Origin: an uncultured delta proteobacterium
GTDB lineage: Bacteria; Desulfobacterota; Binatia; UBA9968
DNA length: 64,000 bases
Reading direction: 5' to 3'
Assembly: GCA_963745035.1 (NCBI GenBank)
Contig: CAVUVW010000013.1
Span: forward strand, 32,001-96,000
Position numbers and translations under genes: made by a program. The stretch's first letter is position 1. Each line of letters opens with the position of its first letter. A model generated the notes under the pieces. That model saw only the letters and a program-made list of their open reading frames with translations. It made no database searches and was not told the origin of the DNA. Shown here in pieces: positions 11,875 to 20,732 of the stretch.

Positions 11875-12858
11875 TCATTTGCCGATTTCCTTCTCCAGCT
11901 GACTTACATATTGCGCATCGATCAGATTATCGGTTACCAGCTTGGCCACGTTGGGATCCGATTTGCCGAGGAAGTCCTTGACTACCCGGACACCGTCGAC
12001 CGCGGGAGATGGAACATCCTTGTATAGGGGCCCGTGAACCCTCCAGGTCTCCTCGAGTGCGGCCGAATCCTTGAGCTGCATGAACTGGGCTAGTCCCTTT
12101 ATCGCCGCGTCTTTGTTGGATTTGTAAATCCGGAGACCTTTTCCCATGGCCGATAGAACTTTATAGACTTCGTTGCCGCGCCGCTGCTGAGTGCTGCGCA
12201 GCACCACGAAGGAGGCGGCGGAGGAGGGGATTCCGAGGCTTGCCAGATCGACCAATAAATTCAGCCCCGCTTGTTTCGCGAGAAGAGTCAATGGCGGCGC
12301 GACAAAGGTCGCCTGCACCACGCCGCTCTTCAGCGCGGCAAAACGCGAGGTTTGAGCGCCGATCTGAATCAAGGCGACATCTTTCTCGGGCGTAAGGTTC
12401 AGCTTCCCGAGCACCGCGCGCGCAAGAAACTCGGTGTAGTCGCCCAAGCGATCGATGGCCAATTTCGCGCCTTTCATATCGGCGGGTGATTTGATCTCCG
12501 GGCTCGTTATCAGCGTGAGGACTTCTTTATCCATCACGCCACCGACAAATTTCACTTCAGCGCCCTGAGCCGCCGCTCGAATCGGACTGGCCGCGGCGAC
12601 AATCATCATCTGCACATCGCCGGCAACAAACGCTTGGGTGATCTGCGGTCCGCCGATATAGACAAACTGCGCGCGGATGCCCTGCTGCTCCAGCAGGCGT
12701 TGCTGTTGAATGAGACCGATAAAGCCATAGGTACCGCCGTTGGATGAGTAGCCGATCGGAAAGTCGGCAAGCGGCGTGGCCGCGTCGGCGCGAAATGGCA
12801 GCGCGCCAAGGGCGACGAGAACAGGGAGCCACGCCAGTCTTTGAGCCGTTCGAAACAT
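11875..12858 (-). CDS. NMT1/SsuA-like ABC substrate-binding protein
   Basis: Signal peptide ending ADA; IKSPADMKGAKLAIDRLG and RFAALKSGVVQAT. Close paralog of 15008..15993. Confidence 0.88.
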   Translation of the reverse strand: MFRTAQRLAWLPVLVALGALPFRADAATPLADFPIGYSSNGGTYGFIGLIQQQRLLEQQGIRAQFVYIGGPQITQAFVAGDVQMMIVAAASPIRAAAQGAEVKFVGGVMDKEVLTLITSPEIKSPADMKGAKLAIDRLGDYTEFLARAVLGKLNLTPEKDVALIQIGAQTSRFAALKSGVVQATFVAPPLTLLAKQAGLNLLVDLASLGIPSSAASFVVLRSTQQRRGNEVYKVLSAMGKGLRIYKSNKDAAIKGLAQFMQLKDSAALEETWRVHGPLYKDVPSPAVDGVRVVKDFLGKSDPNVAKLVTDNLIDAQYVSQLEKEIGK

Positions 12859-12890
12859 GGGCGTTGCCGGAGTCGGATCCTCGGAATTCT

Positions 12891-13577
12891 CTACGAAGCA
12901 GCGCCCTGCCAGTTTTTGATAAAGCGATCGCATAGCGCATTCTGGCCGAGAATCTTTAGCTGCAAGGATTTCTTGGCCGCGGCTGCCGCCTTGTATTGCA
13001 GCTCGTCGGTCGTCGCGTACTTCTGCAAGACGTAAACACCGAGGTTGGCATGGTCGCCTTCTTCTTCTGCGTGATCTTCGAAGAACTTGATCAGTGAAGG
13101 ATACGGATAGTACTTCACCGTCGCTTCGTGCATGCCCCGGCCCCGGCGCGTGTTGGTCCGTTCGTTACCGAAGTTGTTGGCGGCGGCGACTTCCACGATG
13201 TGGCCGCGTGAGAGCCAGTAGTAGAAATAAGGCGTAGTAAATTCCGGTATCAAAACAGCTTGACGCATCTCCTCGGGGTCGCGCCCCATCTCTTTCGCGA
13301 ATTCCACGAGGTATTCCGGATGCGGCGCTTCCTCGTGCAAATAGGCGATATACTTCTGCTGCACGTCGACATACGGACAGTTCTGAATCCACGCCGCGAG
13401 AATATGCGGGATCTCACGGAGGTAAGCATAGCGTTGCTTCATCAATTCAAAAACTTGCTCCTTGCTCAACTTGCCACTGCACCATGCTTCGAAATAGATA
13501 GATGACGATGCTTCACGACGCAGCGGCTCCAGCTCGCGATCCAACCATTCGACAAACTGTTCACCTGACATGGCCAT
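12891..13577 (-). CDS. Heme-oxygenase-like diiron protein (PqqC/TenA/CADD-type), paralog B
   Basis: HEEAPH, GNE and HAEEEGDH motifs. Start MAMSG set by homology to paralog A. Confidence 0.82.
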   Translation of the reverse strand: MAMSGEQFVEWLDRELEPLRREASSSIYFEAWCSGKLSKEQVFELMKQRYAYLREIPHILAAWIQNCPYVDVQQKYIAYLHEEAPHPEYLVEFAKEMGRDPEEMRQAVLIPEFTTPYFYYWLSRGHIVEVAAANNFGNERTNTRRGRGMHEATVKYYPYPSLIKFFEDHAEEEGDHANLGVYVLQKYATTDELQYKAAAAAKKSLQLKILGQNALCDRFIKNWQGAAS

Positions 13578-13686
13578 CGACAAATCCCTCCGCTGTTGCA
13601 AACACGACGCTTCTATTTCCCTGGATTCCTTTGTACCCACGGGACCAAGGGAAACTCTCGTCTCCGCCGTTCCTCGGGGGTGCACC

Positions 13687-14502
13687 TTAGCTCGCGACCC
13701 TCAACATGATCTCTTCATCGAGCCCCAGTTTATCTATTTCGCTCGCGGCCAGACGCAATTTTTCCCCAAGCATGCCTTGCTCCCTTTTGGTCAACGAGCC
13801 TGATGGGAAGGCGACCGTCAGGGCTGCGACACAAACCCGGTCGTGATTTCTCAACGGTACCGAGATGGCGCAGAGTCCCTTGGTGCTCTCCTCGTTGCTG
13901 GTTGCGAAGCCCCGCAGCCGAACGTTGGCAAGCTCGGCTAAAAATCGCTCGAACGAGGTTATCGTCGTGCTCGTCAAGCGTCTCAGCCGCGCGCCTCTGA
14001 ATCTTCGTTTAACCTCGAGATCGCCAAGCTCGGCGAGCAAAACCTTCCCGGACGCGCTCGCGTAGGCGGCGGCACTAGAGCCCACCTCGACGGTGACTCT
14101 CACCCTGCTGGTTCCGTCCAGTCGCTCGACAAAGATAACCGAAACTCCGTCGAGAACGCTCATAGTTACCGTATGGCCGCTTTCCGAGACGAGTTGGCGC
14201 ATCACGGCGCGCATCTTTGCGCGCCGGTCCACATTCAAATAGCCGGCGCCTACTGAAAAGGCGTTGACGCCGATTTTATAACTCCGCTGCGTGTCATCGC
14301 GCTCGAGAAATCCGTACCGTTCCAGGGTGGCGAGCACCCGGAAGGTCGTCGACTTATTGAACCCGAGTAGCCGCGCGGCTTCGCTGAGTCCGAGCGGCCG
14401 GCCTAACTCTTTGAGCTTGAGCAACAACTGGAGCCCCTTGGATAGAGACGACAGCGGCTTCTCGGTTTGTTTCACCGGTTTGGATGCAGAACTATTAGCC
14501 AT
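13687..14502 (-). CDS. IclR family transcriptional regulator
   Basis: SLSKGLQLL...LSEAARLLGFNKSTTFRVLATL HTH; YASASGKVLLA and VRLRGFATSNEE effector domain. Confidence 0.95.
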   Translation of the reverse strand: MANSSASKPVKQTEKPLSSLSKGLQLLLKLKELGRPLGLSEAARLLGFNKSTTFRVLATLERYGFLERDDTQRSYKIGVNAFSVGAGYLNVDRRAKMRAVMRQLVSESGHTVTMSVLDGVSVIFVERLDGTSRVRVTVEVGSSAAAYASASGKVLLAELGDLEVKRRFRGARLRRLTSTTITSFERFLAELANVRLRGFATSNEESTKGLCAISVPLRNHDRVCVAALTVAFPSGSLTKREQGMLGEKLRLAASEIDKLGLDEEIMLRVAS

Positions 14503-14676
14503 TATTTTATCCCGCGCCTTCGGCTTTTGAGTTTTAAACCGGCTGTCCCTTTAGTCGCCTCGAGACCTTGTGCACTCCCCTTGACGCGCGGGGTCGCCAC
14601 GCCGACAACACTTCTGCGGTGGGAGGCCGGCCTTCACTCATACTCGCGAGCCGACCCTTCGCCCGGTTGGTTCATT

Positions 14677-14696
14677 ATTATAACCGACGGTTACAA
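14677..14696 (-). promoter_or_regulatory. Palindromic operator overlapping a TATAAT -10 element upstream of the IclR operon
   Basis: TTATAACCG-A-CGGTTACAA, with a perfect TAACCG-N-CGGTTA core at 14681-14693. Minus-strand TATAAT at 14677-14682. A minus-strand TTGACA at 14732-14737 is too far to pair with this -10. Confidence 0.55.
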
Positions 14697-15007
14697 AAAC
14701 TTAGCCCAGCCTTATTGAAAGGGCAGTTTGATGTCAAGAAGCTCAACGAAGAGAAAGTATACTCTTGCGCGATCAGCACGAGCGTGTTTCCGCAAAGAGG
14801 GATGAAGGCCGGAATCTGTCCGCGATGGCTTCGGTAGATTTTCCATGACTGCTCTCTTCCTATGAGAAAAACGATGCCTATCGTCAATCCTCAAGCCGCC
14901 TACAGTTTTGATCGAAAGCCACAACGACAACTAACCTGGCCGAATCGCGTGATCGGAGCACAGGCGATCCCATCGCAGGCTGAGGATAGCCGGGCGAGTT
15001 TTACGGT

Positions 15008-15993
15008 CTACTTGGATGGCAATTCCCGCTTGAGCTTTTCGACGAAGCGCGTGTCGATGATCTCGTCGACGTTCAATTTAGCCACTTTGGGATCGTTCTG
15101 GCCGAGAAAGTCCTTGACCATTTTGATGCCGGCTATCGCCGGCGCAGGGATATCTTGAAAGATTTTGGCGTGGCTGCGAAACATCTCGTCGAGCGCTTCG
15201 GCATCGTTCACCTTCATGAAGCGCGCCAGACTGCGGATCGCCGCCTCCCGATTATTCTTGAACAGGCGCAGCGCTCGGGCGATAGCGCGCAGCACCCCAT
15301 AGACTTCTTTTTCCTGTCGCTCAGCCGTCGACTTCATGATGACGATGGAAGCAGAGGTCGACGGAAAACCCAGGTCGGCCAGGTCGATCAATGAGCGGAA
15401 GCCCGCCTTCTTCGCGATCAACGTCAATGGCGGCGCCACGAAGGTTGATTGAACTTGACCCGTTCGAAGCGCCGCAAAACGGCCCGTCTGCCCGCCGATC
15501 TGCAGGAGAACCACATCTTTTTGCGCTTCAAGACCGAGCGCTCCAAGACTTTGCGAGCGCGAAAATCCGTGTAATCGCCGAAGTCGTCGATCGCCATGCG
15601 GGTACCTTTGAGTTCAGCCGGTTTAGTAATATTTGATCGGCGATCACCGTGAATGTTTTCCTTGTCCGTGACCCCGCCGATAAAGCGCACGTCCGCGCCA
15701 TGAGCCGCCGCGCGAACCGGGCTGGCGCCGGCGACGATGGCCATGCGAATGTCTCCCGCGATCAGCGCCTGAGAGATCTGCGGACCGCCGATGTAGACAA
15801 ATGTCGGTCGGATTCCTTCCTGCTCTAGAAGTTTCTGCTCCTCGATCAGCGGAATGAACCCGTAGGTGCCCCCGAGCGAGGAATAGCCGATGGGAAAGTC
15901 ACTCTGCGCGCTCGCCGCTACAACCGGGACAATACAGGCGCCTACAAGAAAACTATTAAACCATTTGCCTTTGCCAAAGATCCTACCGAGCAT
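15008..15993 (-). CDS. NMT1/SsuA-like ABC substrate-binding protein, frameshifted
   Basis: FPIGYSSLGGTYGFI, YIGGPQI and RFAALRTGQVQSTFVAPPLTL; paralog of 11875..12858. Confidence 0.87.
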
Positions 15994-16150
15994 GACTCCT
16001 CCTGGATGAGAACTTGCTTCCGTCCGGATTGTCGTGAAAAACCCGTCCAACACGGTGCTTTCTACGCGATGTTACGTTGCCAAATTGTGGGGACATTCTT
16101 AACGATGCGGTCCTTTCTCTCTGCCTATTTGCGGGAACGCCGAACCATTG

Positions 16151-17104
16151 TCACGTCCCTAGAGTACTCGGATGAAACATTTCTTCCGGGTCGAACTTAC
16201 GCGCCGTAATACCCTGGCGATGGCAGTACTCGAGCAGTTTGTTCACCTCCCGTTTGGTTTTCCGAAATCCCCAGAGGTATGAATCTTGGCCGGCGATAGC
16301 TTGCTCTTCCTCCCACAAAGCGCGGTACCAGAGCGCGGTCTGATGCACCCGTTGCCACTCGAGCCACTCGTAGCATTTCTTTTTCGACTCCTGCCAGGCG
16401 TTGTACATGCTCATGGCAACCCATGGATCTTTTTCCAGAACGGAGTTTTTTATCAATAGAGTGTGCATGATCGGAAAGAAACCTGTGCGCTTGAAATAGT
16501 CACGCTCCAGGTCTGCGTAGTTCGGAAACAGAAAATCGACATCGGGATGAACGTTCGGCGCCCAGGTCCCGGTGGTGATCGCCGCATCGATGCGCACCGC
16601 CGGCGAGTAGATCGAATTGCTTTTGCTCTTTCGGAACGATTTCTATTTTCAACCAAGCGGGCGGCTTCCAATCGCCGACGCCCGAAACACGGTCTGCCAC
16701 CCAGGTCACCGATTTCGGATCGAGACCGTATTCGTCTTCGAGCAGCCCTCTTGCCCAAACCGCGGTCGTCGTCAGCCAATTCTGTACGCCGATGCGCTTG
16801 CCGTTCAGATCGGCAGGCGACCGGATGCCGGCGCGCTTGTTGATGTAGATATAGGAATGGCGAAACATGCGTTTGACGAAAATCGGAATCGCCGTGTAGC
16901 CGAGGGTTCTATAGTGGAGATCGGCGACGTAGGTGCCGGTATAGAACTCGGCGACATCGAATTCCTTGCCGTCGATCTTCGTCTGCCGTCCCGGGCTTTT
17001 GTTGACGAGAATTCCAGATCGATACCTTCCGGCTTGACCGTCCCGTCGATCAGCGCTCGGGCGCGGTCATATGGACCGCAGGTCATGGATAATATCAAGG
17101 ACAT
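16151..17104 (-). CDS. 4,5-dihydroxyphthalate decarboxylase-like protein (periplasmic-binding-protein fold), frameshifted
   Basis: MTCGPYDRARALIDGTVKPEGIDL, FRHSYIYIN...DLNGKRIGV, YFKRTGFFPIMH and YCHRQG; no signal peptide. Confidence 0.8.
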
Positions 17105-17105
17105 G

Positions 17106-18098
17106 CTAATGAAGTTTGAAAACTCGGTTGAACTCTTTGCCGAGCTGCTCGTACTCTTCGGAGCTCACGTGCATGGTAAAAGTCTTCGCGCCTTTGAGAC
17201 GCGGATTCTTAGAGCCCATGCCGATCCTTCCCGGACTGCGACCTTTGTCCTGCAGCAGCTTTTGACCTTCCGCCGATAGCATGAAGTCGATAAATACTTT
17301 GGCCGCGTTGGGTCGCGGCGCGTTTTTGAGTAGAGAAATCTTGTTGGGATCGCCGCCGACCAGCGGATTCGGCGCCACCCACTGGAGCGGCGCGCCTTTC
17401 TCTGCGTATTCATCGACTCTATGCTGGTACAGCGATACCGCCACAGGAAACTCGCCCGCCGATACCAGCTCGCTGATCAAGAGTGTAGCCCTTGCGAAAA
17501 TTTATCTGTTGATCGGCGAGCCGGCGCCAAAACTCCAAGCCTTTGTCTTTTCCCCGCGCCTTCATGAGCGCGCCGAACAGATAATACTCTTCGGCGTCCC
17601 AACCGAGCTGTCCTTTCCAGCGAGGGTGGAGCAAATCTTCATAATTCTTGGGAGCAACTTCGGCGGAAACGAGCCTGCTGTTATAGCCGATGACATAGAT
17701 CGTCTGATGCAATCCCATGCCGAAACCATCCGAATCGCGCCAATCGGCGGGAAAATTCGCGGCTTCGCTGGATTGATACCGGTCGAGCGAGCCTTTCTCT
17801 TTCAAGATTCCCGATTGAATGCCGCTGACCGCCACGACGTCGCCGAGAAATTTGTTGGCGCGGTGCTCGCTCAAGAGACGGGTCAGTGTTCTCTCGCTGC
17901 TTGCCCTGACGGTTTCGACTTTCAGCGGCGCATATTTTTTCTCGAAAGCTTTGACGACATAGTCGGCATCGCTCGGTCCCCATGAGGTGTAAAAACGACT
18001 CTGCCTTCTTGCTTGGCTTTGGCGAGGTCTTGGGCGAGGCCGGCGCCAAAAAATAACGGCACACTCAGAGCCACTAGGATGCTTGCGGCGCGCCTCAT
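17106..18098 (-). CDS. Extracellular solute-binding protein (AfuA/Fe3+/thiamine-type), frameshifted
   Basis: GYNSRLV...PKNYEDLLHPRWKG, AGEFPV and APRPNAAKVFIDFMLSAEGQ. Confidence 0.87.
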
Positions 18099-18111
18099 GA
18101 AACCCCCTTGG

Positions 18112-19091
18112 CTATTTATAGACGCTGCTTAGAAATCCTTCCCGATCCAATTCATCCATCACGCTCGTATCGACGAATTCACGCCAATCGCGCTGTTCTT
18201 TCACCTGCATGAATTCGAGAAACACCGTCGCATCTTCCGGGCCCGGATGAGGAAGTCTGAGGAAATACTTTCAGCCAAAAATCATAGGTCTCCTGAAGAA
18301 TCTTGGGATCGGTTTCCCGCAGATTTTTGCCCAACACTCTGGTGCCGAATTCACGATCGGTGCGAAACCGCGCCAGACCCGCGACAAATGCCCTTCATGA
18401 AATTCTTCACTGTTTCGCGCTGCGACTTGATAAAGGATTGGCGCGCCGTGATCTGGTTGATCGGGTATTGAATGCCGCTGCCCACCAGATCGTAGAGCGG
18501 CCGCAGTCCGAGCTCGCGCGCCCGCAACGTGAACGGCGGAAGCAGCAACGTTCCTTGGACCGTTCCCGCTGCCAGCGACGCCAAGCGCGTGCCGAAGTCG
18601 CCGACCTGCAACATGGCAACATCTTTGTCGGGATCGAGACCCAGTTTTCTGAGCGCATATTGCATCGCCACGTAACCCGAGCCGCCGACGGTGCTCACCG
18701 CGACTCTTTTACCTTTCAATTCGGATGCGTCGCGAATATCTTTGCCGACGTAGAGCGTATAGGGAAATACGCCGACGGTTCTGGCGATGATGACCGTGTC
18801 CGCGCCTTTGAGCCGGGCGTTGACCACTGCGGCGCCGCCGGTGGTGCTGATCTGAATGTCGCCGCCGATCAAGGCGCGCGTCACCGGCTGGCCGCCGGAA
18901 AACTGGATGACTTCGAGATTCTTGATGCCGTACTTCTCGAAGTAGCGGCCTTCTTTCGCGGCCCAGAGCGGCGCCTGCGTGGCGCTGAAGATGGTGCCGG
19001 CGCGCAGCGGTTCTTGCGCGGGGAGCGATGGCAGCGAGAAGAGAATTAGCCGCAGCAGAATGCGAAATGTCGGGAGGGGATTATTGACCAC
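18112..19091 (-). CDS. NMT1/SsuA-like ABC substrate-binding protein, frameshifted, start uncertain
   Basis: QAPLWAAKEGRYFEKYG, ELKGKRVAVSTVGGS and LGLDPDKDVAMLQVG. C-terminus ...GFLSSVYK* read from the DNA. Confidence 0.83.
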
Positions 19092-19183
19092 GAAGAGCGC
19101 GAAGGATCCGAAGTTCCCTCTTGGAAAAACATTTGACTTAGGGGAGATTTTCGTGAATCTTCGTAGCGACTTTGCTGCATGAA

Positions 19184-19216
19184 GAAATCCCCTGATCCCC
19201 TTTTCCAAAGGGGGAA
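19184..19216. repeat. REP-like palindrome
   Basis: aaatcccctgaTCCCCTTTtccAAAGGGGGA hairpin in the intergenic space downstream of the UbiD gene. Confidence 0.5.
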
Positions 19217-19249
19217 ATTTTGCTGTGGCGAGTTGGTAGCAACAAGTGC

Positions 19250-20732
19250 TTATCCATAGATGGTCTCACGCCATTTTGCTCGGACTTGGTTTTTCAATTC
19301 TTCGCTCGATTCAGCGATGGGTGGAAACTGATGCCGCCGGTCGTAGGGCATGCAGGCGTCGATCAGACAGCGCGAGCTGTGGCCTTTGTTCTCGGGCGGA
19401 ATGCAGACGTCGAGCGAGCCGCTCGCGGCGCGGCGGATGATTTCGACGGCTTGATCGGGGTCGCACCTTGTCGCCATTGCCCAGAGCACGTCGAACTCGC
19501 TCGTCGGATCGATGTCTTCGTCCACTACGACGACGAAGCGTCCGTTGTAGGCGCCGCCGAGAGACTGTGACGCGAGGAAGAGCGCTTGGCGCGAATGGCC
19601 GGGATAGGCTTGTTTGATCGAAATCACGTTGAACAGACTGCCGATGCCGGATTCGAGCGACCACACGCCTTTGACGTTGGGCAGGCCGGCTTTTTCCACC
19701 CGATCCCAAAGTTGCGCGGCGCGAATCATTCCCTTGGAGAGCGAATAATCGGTCGGCGGACGGCCCGGACGCGCGACGCAGAGGATCGGATCGTTGCGGT
19801 AATAGATGCGCTCGATGCGCAGCACCGGCGTGTCTTCCATTCGCGTGCCGTAATAGCCGAGCCATTCGCCGAAGGGTCCGTCGGGTTTGATGTCGCCCGG
19901 ATGCAGAAATCCTTCGATGGCGATTTCGGCATGGGCCGGAAAAGGCAGGCCGGTGACTGGACCTTCGACGAGATCGTAGGGTCGGCCTCGGATGCCGCCG
20001 CAATAGTCGTACTCGGAATAACCCAGCTCGATTGGATTACCCGCCGCCAGAAGCAGCAGCGGGTCCTGGCCGACGCATAAAACAACCGGGCAAGGTTTGC
20101 CTTGCTTGAAATATTTCTCCATGTGCATGCGTCCGTGCTTCCCGGCCGACGACATGAAAAGTCCCACCGATTTCTCGTCGTGCACCATGGCGCGATAAGT
20201 GCCGAGGTTGAGCCAGCCTTCTTCCGGATCGCGCGTGACGGCGATGCAGGCCGTGCCGATAAATCGGCCGCCGTCGAGCTCATGGACTTTCGGCACGGGG
20301 AATTTGAGCACGTCGACGGCGTCGCCCGACATCGTGTTTTCAAACACCGGTCCGGTCTTCACGATCCGCGGCGGCATCGGTTGAAGCTTGTTGAGTTTTT
20401 CTTTGAATCGGCTGACGAGCTTCAGTCCCACGCTGTCCATCGGCAAGCCGGCCATAAGCGCGAGACGGCGATAGGAAGTTTGCTGGCCGAAGAGAATGCG
20501 AAAGCCTTGTGGAGTAGCCTTTGATCTGATCGAACAGCAGCGCCGGGATCGTGCCCGTGCGCTCGCGGTAAATCAGCTCCGCCATGGTGCCGATCTCCAG
20601 GTCCCAATCGGCGCCGTCGATGCGCTTGAGCTCGCCCATCGATTCGACGAGCTCGAGCCATTGCCTGACGTCATCATAAGGCCGCGGCAGATTGCCTTCG
20701 TGCAGCGGCTCGGTTTTTTCCGGAAGCACCAT
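19250..20732 (-). CDS. UbiD family (prFMN-dependent) decarboxylase, frameshifted near 20510
   Basis: DVRQWLELVESMGELKRIDGADWDLEIG, NLGTYR, DGPFGEWLGYY and VVVVDEDIDP...VLWAMATRCDP. Confidence 0.93.
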
